A DNA stretch of 45,989 bases from Deltaproteobacteria bacterium (GTDB lineage Bacteria > Desulfobacterota > UBA8473): positions 1 to 45,989 of the forward strand of contig DAOWME010000001.1 of NCBI GenBank assembly GCA_030643245.1, written 5' to 3'. Of the stretch, positions 27,278 through 35,908 are shown piece after piece. Every line of letters begins with the position of its first letter. The first letter of the stretch is position 1. A program made the position numbers and the translations under genes. Under the pieces are notes generated by a model, which searched no databases, had not been told where the DNA came from, and saw nothing but the letters and a program-made list of their open reading frames with translations.

Positions 27278-28453
27278 TTAGAAAAACCTCAATTCATCCT
27301 TGAGCTTCCTGATAATCAACAAGGCATCGGCGCCGGAGACCGGATCCATTGAAGCGAATTCACCTGTAGTCAGATCCTTGGCCTCCATGATCCCTCGGGT
27401 AGTAACGACCATGACCGCATTGAAATAAGGAAGGTCATTCCTCAAATCAGGGAATGGGGATGTACTTCCAATGTACTTTGTGGCAAGTTTGCGATCTCCA
27501 CCAACCTTTATCAGAATGTCCTGTACCATTATGGCATACAAAGCCCTTGTTATGAGCTCATCAGGAACAAAAGTATGATTTGGGTAAGGTTCCAGTCCTT
27601 TTATGCCAATTTCCATGACAGTTTGTATGTCCGTCCTCAGAACATGGTCAGAAATATCAGTGGCAGCTTCAGTCTTCTCGATCTTATCTGCGGCAAAGGC
27701 TGTTGATGGGGCCTTGTAACTCGTGTCAAACCTTTTTGGAGATCGCTTCTTATAGAGTTTCTCCAACTCAAGTTCCTGAATAAATAACGCGGCCATGTCC
27801 GACCTGGTCACTTTATCTATCAGCGCTATCTTCTTACCTATCAAACTTCCAGGTGCAGCTCTCTGGATCTTTTGAACGAGTTTCCAATGGTTGTTCGCGG
27901 CTATCAAATACTTATCATTGATATCCAGTACTTTCTTAAACATCTCGCCTGCTTTGTCGAACTCGTAGGCGAGCTTATATGCTTCACCCATATAGTAATA
28001 GGCAGCCGACGATTCAGGATCGATATCGATTGCATCTTCAAAGTTATTCTCTGCATCATCGAGCCAGTCGTCCTTTCTTTCCATCGCGTAGATCCTAACC
28101 AGACCGACCAAAGCATTAACCTTCTCATCCTTGGTCTTGGCATAGTTCTTACCCTTCTTTGCGTTGGCAAATGCCTCCTTAAAGTTACCGTCATAACCGT
28201 ATACCAGGCCAAGCCCGGTAAAAGCAGCGGAAAATTTCGGAGCTAACTGTATAGCAATGCCAAATTCCCGTTTTGCGTCCTCATATTTCCCTTTGTCCAG
28301 AAGTTTCATCCCGCTAAACACGTGATGGTCCGGAGTATCTAGGGCGCTCACGGCTTTCCTTGGTTTGGGGCCACATGCGCCAAGATAAACCAGAGACAAT
28401 ATTAAAACCGTAAGAAAAATCCACCTCACCGTATGCATCTCTTCTAACTTCAT
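27278..28453 (-). CDS. TPR-repeat lipoprotein with a C-terminal SLH-like region
   Basis: From the ATG at 28453 (GGGAG SD; lipobox LVYLGACG). TPR-like A..YY.G.AY......A...F..AL repeats, then TRSDMAALF / ITRALYAIMV SLH-like segments. Confidence 0.6.
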   Translation of the reverse strand: MKLEEMHTVRWIFLTVLILSLVYLGACGPKPRKAVSALDTPDHHVFSGMKLLDKGKYEDAKREFGIAIQLAPKFSAAFTGLGLVYGYDGNFKEAFANAKKGKNYAKTKDEKVNALVGLVRIYAMERKDDWLDDAENNFEDAIDIDPESSAAYYYMGEAYKLAYEFDKAGEMFKKVLDINDKYLIAANNHWKLVQKIQRAAPGSLIGKKIALIDKVTRSDMAALFIQELELEKLYKKRSPKRFDTSYKAPSTAFAADKIEKTEAATDISDHVLRTDIQTVMEIGIKGLEPYPNHTFVPDELITRALYAIMVQDILIKVGGDRKLATKYIGSTSPFPDLRNDLPYFNAVMVVTTRGIMEAKDLTTGEFASMDPVSGADALLIIRKLKDELRFF

Positions 28454-28524
28454 TTTTCTCCCTCTGTTGGTTTCGTGGACCTTGCAAAAAGCTGTCGCAT
28501 TGAACACGAAGGAATCATCAAAAA

Positions 28525-29349
28525 TCAATCTACGACAAACATTACGCGGCATTGAGATAAGAAACTAAGATTCCTGGAGGAATCCCTCAGCATATTCGCA
28601 TCGGAACTGCTTATGACCACATTACTATTCCCTGATCCCTCAGTTTTTATCCCTTTGACGATGATAGGGTTGTTTGCCACGCGATCATTCTGTCTAGCCA
28701 CTTCAACATCTTTTCCGTAACCAACTATCCCTTGCTGAATCGCAAATTCTCTTGACACATAAGCAGAGCCGTAAACCTCTCTCCCCTCTTCATCAAGAAC
28801 TTTCGGGGACATGGCCGGGTGGAGTTCCAACCCCTTTGTGTCAATAATAAGCCCCGTATATATCGGACTGCCGGCAGAAGGCACCGATCGTCCGCCCGTA
28901 GCAGGCAACAGGATGTCAGCCAATTCTCCTGTAATGGGCATTTCGATAATCACTTCGACACCACCATCGTCAAAGTATTTCTTGTCAACCACCTTGGCCC
29001 CACGAATGAAGCCTTGAACCCTGGACTGTATTACATCGCTTTGGGTCATCGCATTTACTACTGTGGTTTCAGAGTCAATCCTCACCCCTTTTATAGTCTC
29101 TAAAAGATTTCTCAGGGCATCCACTTTGGCGGCTCTCTCCGCACCTAACCTTGCAACTGAAATGTTGGGCGCAGACCGGCTTGGAGCCCCACTACCAAGG
29201 GCCCTTATTACACTAGTTGTCCAGTTCACCTCCCCTTGACCGATGGTCTGAACGACTTGACCCGAATTGCCTTCCAGTAAACCACCAACGGCAAAAGAAA
29301 AGAGTACCAAGAAAAATGATAAAACCGTTATGCCTGCCTGCTTCTTCAT
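28525..29349 (-). CDS. LPP20-family periplasmic protein
   Basis: 274 aa with a signal peptide. IRALGSGAP......ARLGAERAAKVDALRNLLETIKGVRIDSETTV is an LPP20-type motif. First gene of the envelope cluster. Confidence 0.6.
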   Translation of the reverse strand: MKKQAGITVLSFFLVLFSFAVGGLLEGNSGQVVQTIGQGEVNWTTSVIRALGSGAPSRSAPNISVARLGAERAAKVDALRNLLETIKGVRIDSETTVVNAMTQSDVIQSRVQGFIRGAKVVDKKYFDDGGVEVIIEMPITGELADILLPATGGRSVPSAGSPIYTGLIIDTKGLELHPAMSPKVLDEEGREVYGSAYVSREFAIQQGIVGYGKDVEVARQNDRVANNPIIVKGIKTEGSGNSNVVISSSDANMLRDSSRNLSFLSQCRVMFVVD

Positions 29350-29374
29350 CTTTGACCCCCTTCCAACATATGTT

Positions 29375-29532
29375 CACTAGTGTTGTGTCATGCGTGAGAT
29401 ATCGTATCAGGCGCTCGTCATTCCCACGAAGGTGGGAATCTACTATTTCTGGCTACTTCGGCACTTCCGGATTCCCGCTTCCGCGGGAATGACGGTCATC
29501 TTTGCGACATTACATAGATGACATGACACTAG
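29375..29532. repeat. Small composite repeat with terminal inverted repeats and two ATTCCC-N8-GGGAAT hairpins
   Basis: Termini cactagtgttgtgtcatg / catgacactag. Internal gtcattcccacgaaggtgggaatc and ggattcccgcttccgcgggaatgac lie in inverted orientation. Confidence 0.7.
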
Positions 29533-29536
29533 CTTG

Positions 29537-29717
29537 TTTCCATCCAGAAATGGCCCTTTTTCCCCTGAGCTGCGTTCTCCTCAGGTTTCCGCCTGCGACG
29601 TACGATCATGTACGACTCGGCGCAAACCGTCGTGCGGCCTTGCTCAGAGAATAAATTGCTCATTTCTGAATTGGAGACCAACTCGTGCCCTTTTCTCAAG
29701 AAGTCCATTTATGGATG
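29537..29717. mobile_element. 181-bp MITE-like insertion flanked by a 12-bp direct repeat
   Basis: gacactagcttg at 29525-29536 and again at 29718-29729. Terminal inverted repeats ccatccagaaatgg (29540-29553) / ccatttatggatgg (29705-29718). No credible ORF. Confidence 0.65.
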
Positions 29718-29830
29718 GACACTAGCTTGAAACATGCTAAATAAAACCTCTTGTTTGCTGGCGAAATGAATCTTGCACTACACCTAGATACCATCTCAAA
29801 AAACGTATAGCTTCTGTTCAGAACCTCTTT

Positions 29831-29859
29831 AATCTATAGCCGAAACCAGCCTTTGTCAA
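29831..29859 (-). promoter_or_regulatory. Sigma70-like promoter candidate for the envelope lipoprotein operon
   Basis: On the - strand: TTGACA (29859-29854), 17 nt, TAGATT (29836-29831). The transcript would cross both small repeats before the ATG at 29349. Confidence 0.4.
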
Positions 29860-29873
29860 GAAAAAATAGAATC

Positions 29874-30084
29874 TAAGGGACGAGGCTGAAATAACTTCCC
29901 CTTTTGTGCATCTCATCTTCAGGCCATCCCCCGATCGGGGTCGAGGACAGGCTTTGACCGATCTTCAAGCACAAAATCCTCGAAATAGGTCGGACTATTC
30001 CTGCGGTTTTGCGCTTTCAAATCGAACAAATCTAACCTAAATCTGAGCGCCAACTTGAGGAAGTTATTTCGGCCTCGTCCCTAA
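29874..30084 (-). repeat. Intergenic hairpin repeat, copy 5 (long form, inverted orientation)
   Basis: Full-length 211 bp with the same 26-nt insertion as copy 3. It ends one base before the hflX stop codon (30085-30087). Confidence 0.9.
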
Positions 30085-31347
30085 TCAAAAACAAAACGCG
30101 TCTAAGGAATCGGCTAGTATCTTATCTATCTCAGCTTCAATAATCACCTCCTCCCCATCATACTCCTTCCTGGTAATCCTCCCATTCCTGTGTATCCTGG
30201 AGATCAAGTCACCCGCAGTAACAGGCAATCTCAGTTTCACCTTCTTCAATTTACACGGTATCAAGGTTTCAACCTTATACAGTAGATCATCAATGCCCCT
30301 TCCCGTTAATGCAGATACAGCGACACAGTTGTCCAGCCCCCGTTGACAGTATTCAATAATGTTATTTATATTGTCAGCTTTATCTATTTTGTTCAATAGA
30401 TGAATGACGGGTTTTTTAGACACCCCTATCTCTTGCAGAACATTATTGACTGAATTTATGTTATCGTCAAATCGAGGATGGGTGATGTCGATCACATGAA
30501 CCATGATATCCGACTCATTGACCTCTTCAAGTGTGGCTTTAAATGCGGCGATAAGCTGATGGGGAAGCCTTTCTATGAAACCAACCGTATCGGAGATCAG
30601 GATATCCCGGTTACTTGGCAGTCTTATTTTCCTTGTGGTGGGATCCAGGGTGGCAAACAACTTGTCTTCAACCACTACCGCGGCATCGGAGAGGCGATTC
30701 AACAGGCTTGACTTCCCTGCGTTCGTATAACCGATAATGGAGACTTTAGAACAATAAATCCGGTCCCTTCCTTTTCGGTGGAGGGATCTTACCTTTCTGA
30801 CCACCTCAAGATCCCTTTTGATCCTTGTGATCCGATCCCTTACTTTCCTACGGTCAACCTCCAGCTTAGTCTCTCCCGGTCCCCTTGTCCCTATTCCTCC
30901 ACCCAAACGTGACAGGGAAAGCCCTTTGCCTACAAGGCGTGGTAATAGATAATTGAGTTGAGCCAGTTCAACCTGGAGTTTCCCTTCGTTTGATTTTGCT
31001 CTCTGTGCAAATATGTCCAGTATCAATCCCGTCCTGTCCAGAACCTTAACGCCAAATGCTCCCTCAAGGTTTCGTTGCTGGGCCGGGGTCAAGTCGCTAT
31101 CAAAGACAACCAGATCGGCATCCGTTGAAGTTATAAGATCCTTTACCTCCTCCACCTTCCCTCTACCCATGAGATAGGCAGGGTTCGGATGCCTGAGATC
31201 TTGTATGACACTCCCAAGCACCTCTCCACCTGCAGTCTCCGTGAGTTTTGCCAGCTCTGTCAGGGAATCCTCAACCTTTCGTTTCTCCTCTGTCTGCCAC
31301 CCGACACCAACTAATATGGTCTTTTCCTTCGATCTATTCGTCTTAAT
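30085..31347 (-). CDS. hflX: GTPase HflX (start probably non-canonical, ATT at 31347)
   Basis: LDRTGLILDIFAQRAKSNEGKLQVELAQL plus G1-G4 motifs. The 42 codons upstream of the track GTG (31221) encode a clear HflX N-terminal domain (KTILVGVGW...SLTELAKLTETAGGEV), but the only start-like codons there are ATT, ATA and TTA. Confidence 0.85.
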   Translation of the reverse strand: MKTNRSKEKTILVGVGWQTEEKRKVEDSLTELAKLTETAGGEVLGSVIQDLRHPNPAYLMGRGKVEEVKDLITSTDADLVVFDSDLTPAQQRNLEGAFGVKVLDRTGLILDIFAQRAKSNEGKLQVELAQLNYLLPRLVGKGLSLSRLGGGIGTRGPGETKLEVDRRKVRDRITRIKRDLEVVRKVRSLHRKGRDRIYCSKVSIIGYTNAGKSSLLNRLSDAAVVVEDKLFATLDPTTRKIRLPSNRDILISDTVGFIERLPHQLIAAFKATLEEVNESDIMVHVIDITHPRFDDNINSVNNVLQEIGVSKKPVIHLLNKIDKADNINNIIEYCQRGLDNCVAVSALTGRGIDDLLYKVETLIPCKLKKVKLRLPVTAGDLISRIHRNGRITRKEYDGEEVIIEAEIDKILADSLDAFCF

Positions 31348-31374
31348 CTACCTCACCCCTCTCCGGCATCCCAT

Positions 31375-32775
31375 CTAAAGCTTTACCTCTTTACCTGTAA
31401 ATACCTGATCTACCTTGAGGTTCTCGAACCGGAAGGTACTGTACCTCGTCAGAATCCTTGCGGGTTCATCATCAGTTAGTTCAGTACCTCTGTAGTAGGT
31501 CTTCTTTTGTGGCCTGTCATTCACTATCTCATGATCCTCAATGACGATATCTCCGCCCTTTATTAGATAAGCACAGTCGCTGAAACGGTCTTTCAATTCA
31601 TCTGCCCTTGTGTCTTCGTCAATGTCATAGATCGCTATGTCCGCTTCCGCCCCCACACCCAGATGTCCTTTATTGTCCAAACCGAGGATGTCCGCTGGGT
31701 TCTGCCTGGTAATCCTTGCAATATCCATCAGGGAATACTCAAAGTAAGGAAGCTCTTTTTCAAATAGGTTGTCCCTGTTCTCGGCTCGCATCAGCCATGA
31801 AAATATTTTTGGGTATGCCTGGAATGACGCATTGACAGGGCTGTCCGTGGAAAACGATATACGCTTGAGAGGCTCGCTGAGGGCAAGTTTCAAGGCTAAA
31901 AACGGGGCTTCTCCCTCTGGGGTCTTTCCCCGGGAGAAAATGATAGGCTCAGAGAGCCCCATATCAACGCTCCCGCAAATTTCACCATATGTTTGCTTCG
32001 GGGTCGATATCTTCAGATTTTCCTCAAAATCGAACAATCCCAAATCTACAGAAGCCCCTCCGTCCATGTACGTCAAGACCTTCTCGTAATCTTTTTCACT
32101 GTCCATGACTGAACCCACATGAGAAAAATGATAGGTTCCAAGATTTTCAATCTCTCGTTTCAGCAGCTTCGGATAGGTATGCATGATTACCCTCGGGATC
32201 CTCTCCTTGCTGATACTCGAAAAAAATTTAAGCACCTTCTTTTCCCTCACATTTCTCATGATAAACTTCCTTTGAGCGTATTTTACAAAAGGTTCGTATA
32301 TCTTCAGCCCAATGGCCTTGGCCCTGGCCACGGCTAAAGACAAAGCCTTTTCAACCTCTTCGAGATGCTTGGTAGATCTGATTTTTTCCTCAATATCCAT
32401 TAAGTTCACAACGAGGAAGGATGAGGTGTCCAATATGGGTATTGAAGATAGCTCATGATGGACATAATTGGCAGTCAATTGGGTCATGAAGGGCTCGTTT
32501 ACGTGAGTATATCCCATCTTCGCGTATATACGGCCTATCTCAGTGGGTGAGTAGAAACATTTTATCCCTCTTGTCAGATTTAAACCATATGTAGCTACGT
32601 GACTGTGGATGTCAATACCCCCTGCCATGATGGCTCTTCCGGATACGTTAATAGTCCTATCGACAGTGGAGGTCCTATCTACGATCTGTTCTCCCTCTAT
32701 AAAGATGTCACCCTCTTCTCCGTTGAGGTTGTTCTTAGGATCGTATAACCTTCCCCCTTGTATCCTGATCTTCAT
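31375..32775 (-). CDS. fwdA: Formylmethanofuran dehydrogenase subunit A-like amidohydrolase
   Basis: 466 aa. MKIRIQGGRLYDPKNNLNGEEGDIFIEGEQIV....GRAIMAGGIDIHSHV matches the FwdA/FmdA N-terminus and metal-binding HxH. Confidence 0.7.
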   Translation of the reverse strand: MKIRIQGGRLYDPKNNLNGEEGDIFIEGEQIVDRTSTVDRTINVSGRAIMAGGIDIHSHVATYGLNLTRGIKCFYSPTEIGRIYAKMGYTHVNEPFMTQLTANYVHHELSSIPILDTSSFLVVNLMDIEEKIRSTKHLEEVEKALSLAVARAKAIGLKIYEPFVKYAQRKFIMRNVREKKVLKFFSSISKERIPRVIMHTYPKLLKREIENLGTYHFSHVGSVMDSEKDYEKVLTYMDGGASVDLGLFDFEENLKISTPKQTYGEICGSVDMGLSEPIIFSRGKTPEGEAPFLALKLALSEPLKRISFSTDSPVNASFQAYPKIFSWLMRAENRDNLFEKELPYFEYSLMDIARITRQNPADILGLDNKGHLGVGAEADIAIYDIDEDTRADELKDRFSDCAYLIKGGDIVIEDHEIVNDRPQKKTYYRGTELTDDEPARILTRYSTFRFENLKVDQVFTGKEVKL

Positions 32776-32964
32776 GTGGTCCCTTTACAATTTTTCGATC
32801 TGTGCAGTTACTCAACCCCAATGTCTTGAAGCGTCTCTGATGAATAGATGAACAGCATTGCATTAAGCGTCGGCAAGCGGTAAACCTGACCAACTGCACA
32901 GGTCGCAACTTTTCTCTATCTGCGGTCACCCGTCTGCAATCACCCAGACAAAGCGTATAATCGG

Positions 32965-33705
32965 TTATTCCTGTTGATTGTCCGACGTTTCATCAAACAT
33001 CCTCGCACGAAACGCCCTCAATTCGTTTCCGAGGAGCGAGTATGTCCATCTCTTTCCCGACCTGGTTTTGAACCCACGGTCATTCAGGAGAGCGACAATC
33101 TTCCGATGGGGGACACCCCGCGTCGCACGTTCGTGGGCAGTCTTCACTGCTTCTTCAAACTGATCCCTGTATTGTTCTCTAACTGAGGGGGCCGACGGTT
33201 TCTTTTCCTCATCCTCCACCTTGTTTCTTCCTTCAATCTCATAAGATATGTTAGCCTCTCTTGCCTTTGCCTTCCTGTATTTGCCCAACATCTCTTCATA
33301 TACAGGGCAATTGCGATCACAGTCTGCCTTGAAGGGGTTATTCTCACACCTGCAATCAAGGGTAGTGTCTGATTTGTAAATATACTTGATGTTGGACTTT
33401 GTACTGTGCCGTATCTTCGAAGGAGAACTGGAAGATATGGAAGACAGGACATCGACACAATATCTATTCATCCAATCCCGGCACTCATCTGCAGATATGC
33501 CTATATATTTGAACCAGGCCGCCAAGAACTGAGTCAGGTCTTGACGGGAAGGCGTGCGCTCTCCCTCAGGGAATCGTTCCAACGAGAGTCCATTTGTGAC
33601 TAGATCCTTGATACAATGAAATAAGCGCCCCTTATTATTTTCTTCAAGGGCCTTTCTCAATCCTTTCAGGTTCATATTCGTGTTTGATGGCCTTTGATTA
33701 TTCAT
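32965..33705 (-). CDS. Hypothetical protein with a C-terminal recombinase-domain-like HTH (mobile or phage origin suspected)
   Basis: From the ATG at 33705 (MNNQRPSN..). The C-terminus RKIVALLNDRGFKTRSGKRWTYSLLGNEL resembles the Recombinase domain of serine recombinases. Has a Cys-rich middle and no catalytic domain recognised. Confidence 0.4.
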   Translation of the reverse strand: MNNQRPSNTNMNLKGLRKALEENNKGRLFHCIKDLVTNGLSLERFPEGERTPSRQDLTQFLAAWFKYIGISADECRDWMNRYCVDVLSSISSSSPSKIRHSTKSNIKYIYKSDTTLDCRCENNPFKADCDRNCPVYEEMLGKYRKAKAREANISYEIEGRNKVEDEEKKPSAPSVREQYRDQFEEAVKTAHERATRGVPHRKIVALLNDRGFKTRSGKRWTYSLLGNELRAFRARMFDETSDNQQE

Positions 33706-33991
33706 ATGCGGAAATAGTAATCGCGGTTCCCCATCGAACCTCCAGAACCGGCCCCAGCTGTAAAGCATAAACCCTTTTGCCCTGCCAGGTCCCGAACTTC
33801 CATCCACGATAGACAACCCTCATGAATGGAGCACCTTTCCGGTATCCATTCCGGAAGTGGATTTCATCATAATTACGGTTTTCAATCCGTTTGTCCCAAT
33901 AGGGCTTGATCTCCCGATATTCCTCATGCTTCTCACCTGAAGCGATCAAATCAAATCATCTACGCTCCACTGTCAGGTGTAAAATCTTCAT
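33698..33991 (-). pseudogene. ASCH-domain gene interrupted by an in-frame TGA at the conserved Trp position
   Basis: ATG at 33991: MKILHLTVERR-TGA(33956-33958)-FDLIASGEKHEEYREIKPYWDKR... all in one frame. Family members typically read ..kWFd.I.sGeK.EEYREiKpYW. Confidence 0.6.
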
Positions 33992-34007
33992 GGCTTATAA
34001 GACTTGT

Positions 34008-35303
34008 TTAAAAAGACTCACTGAGACGTTGGTATATATCATCGAGTATTACCTCGTCCGATGGGTAGTCAGTCTCCAGAACCTTCCTCAGTTTAAGGGG
34101 GAGGCCATCCATCCTGTAAGCTATCCCTTCCGCTTCCACCCCCGTGATTGCTGTCGGGAAGACCACCTGGCACTTGTTTGTTGTTCTCGTCCAAAACGGA
34201 TCGATGAGAATTATCGGTATCTTCTTCAGCAGGTCAGACTGTTCCGAGGGCATAGACCAAAATGGGTCCTCTCCAACCACCAACGCGGCATCGATCTCAT
34301 GGAGGTTTTCCAATAACGTGGGCATACCATGGTCAGCCGGATGATCACAGGAAAAATCCGCCGGCACAGGACTTCCCAATTCCCTAAGGAGAAGTTGCAT
34401 TGCTCCGTTTGTGTTGAAATCGTCATACAGAGGAATGATTACGAACCTTGTCTTCCGGTTCAACTCCTTGACGAGGGCCATAAGAGTCTCAACATTCCTG
34501 ACAGCATTGCCGTTGCGTGACAACCCCAACCCAAAAAAGATCGCGCCATAGGCCGACCTGGCCATATACTGAACCATATCTTGTATGGCGGCAATATCCC
34601 CTTCGTAGTCTTCAACCTTCTCGTTCCGCAACAGTTTTATCATCGTTTCCATCGCGATAAAATCAGCGCCCGGCTCTACCAGCAGATACTTGCGAGACAT
34701 CCTGACCAATTCATTTTCCGCAACATCCACAGTGAATACAACCCTGTCCAGATTTCCCCTTTCCTTACATCTCCCCCTTGGGTAGAGGGAATACCGGGCT
34801 AAGTGTTTTGGGGTAGAGTGTACCGGGTTGCACCCCCAATAGACGATAACGTCGGCGCTGTTCCTTACCTCGTCTAAGGGCGCAATGTAAAAGCCTGAAT
34901 TCTCCATCGCGGAATAATACGGACTCAGGAGGACTGCCTTCCTCGGTTCAAACCATCCCTTTAACACTCTGGCGATATCCAGTGCGACATTTTGAGCGTA
35001 ATATCCCGAGTTTGTAAGTCCGTATACTAACGGCTTCCTTGAGCGCTTCAAGATATCCACAGCCCTGGAAACGGCCGTTTCATAATCGGTCTCCACCAGG
35101 TTGTTTTCCCTGACCATCGGTCTTTCTACCCGCCCCCTTTTTACAGTAGAGGTAAACTTCTTGGTGAAAAAAAACTTGTTAATGCCCCATTGACAAACAT
35201 TTCTTATGGACTTTACCTTATTGTCGGCAACTACTACGTCGATGTCATCACACAGGCAACCACATGAAGGGCATATCACCGATTCATACAATGTCTCCGC
35301 CAA
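34008..35303 (-). CDS. fwdB: Formylmethanofuran dehydrogenase subunit B-like (molybdopterin oxidoreductase family)
   Basis: 431 aa with a TTG start. The N-terminal ICPSCGCLCDDIDVVV motif is characteristic of FwdB/FmdB. Confidence 0.7.
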   Translation of the reverse strand: MAETLYESVICPSCGCLCDDIDVVVADNKVKSIRNVCQWGINKFFFTKKFTSTVKRGRVERPMVRENNLVETDYETAVSRAVDILKRSRKPLVYGLTNSGYYAQNVALDIARVLKGWFEPRKAVLLSPYYSAMENSGFYIAPLDEVRNSADVIVYWGCNPVHSTPKHLARYSLYPRGRCKERGNLDRVVFTVDVAENELVRMSRKYLLVEPGADFIAMETMIKLLRNEKVEDYEGDIAAIQDMVQYMARSAYGAIFFGLGLSRNGNAVRNVETLMALVKELNRKTRFVIIPLYDDFNTNGAMQLLLRELGSPVPADFSCDHPADHGMPTLLENLHEIDAALVVGEDPFWSMPSEQSDLLKKIPIILIDPFWTRTTNKCQVVFPTAITGVEAEGIAYRMDGLPLKLRKVLETDYPSDEVILDDIYQRLSESF

Positions 35304-35340
35304 ACTTTATCTCCATCTTTCATAAGAGCGCAGGTTCAAA

Positions 35341-35808
35341 TCAGACAAGGCTGATGGCCGTGGTGGGACACAACTCCACACATGCTCTGCATATATAGTC
35401 GGATGGGTCCGCCCGCCGGCAAGACTGAGGGTCCACCAGTTTGATCCTTCCGTTATCTATCCTCAACACCACATCGTCTTTAAAGCGAGGGCCTCTTCCG
35501 GATTCCACCTCTTGACTCTTCTCCAGGTTTATCTCACATACTACAACACATATGCCGCATCCATTACACTTTTCCGGCTCGATCAAGAGCCCTGTTACCT
35601 CCTTCTCGAAATCCAGACCAGGACCCAAAAGCTCGTTCAGTTTGGCAAGAGACTCTGAATACCCGGGTTCCAAGAGAATGGGGCAGTCTTCCGGCCTGAC
35701 ATCTCTGGAGATCAGGTGATTGGCAAAACCCAAACATGAAAAACCGCACTTCTTGCAGTCGGTTTTCGGGAGATACTTTTGCAACTGGTACATTGACAAC
35801 TTTGCCAT
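35341..35808 (-). CDS. Fe-S protein: N-terminal RnfB/AcsC-type 'putative Fe-S cluster' domain plus a 2x[4Fe-4S] ferredoxin domain
   Basis: 155 aa. LPKTDCKKCGFSCLGFA......EDCP, then CNGCGICVVVCE and CRACVELCP. Confidence 0.7.
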   Translation of the reverse strand: MAKLSMYQLQKYLPKTDCKKCGFSCLGFANHLISRDVRPEDCPILLEPGYSESLAKLNELLGPGLDFEKEVTGLLIEPEKCNGCGICVVVCEINLEKSQEVESGRGPRFKDDVVLRIDNGRIKLVDPQSCRRADPSDYICRACVELCPTTAISLV

Positions 35809-35908
35809 AGAATCAACCTATTTCTTCCCACCCAATGTCATGTCTGTAACGCCAGAATGGTGTGAGCACACGAAATTTTCACCGACGCTGATGTTCGGTT
35901 CACTCCGT

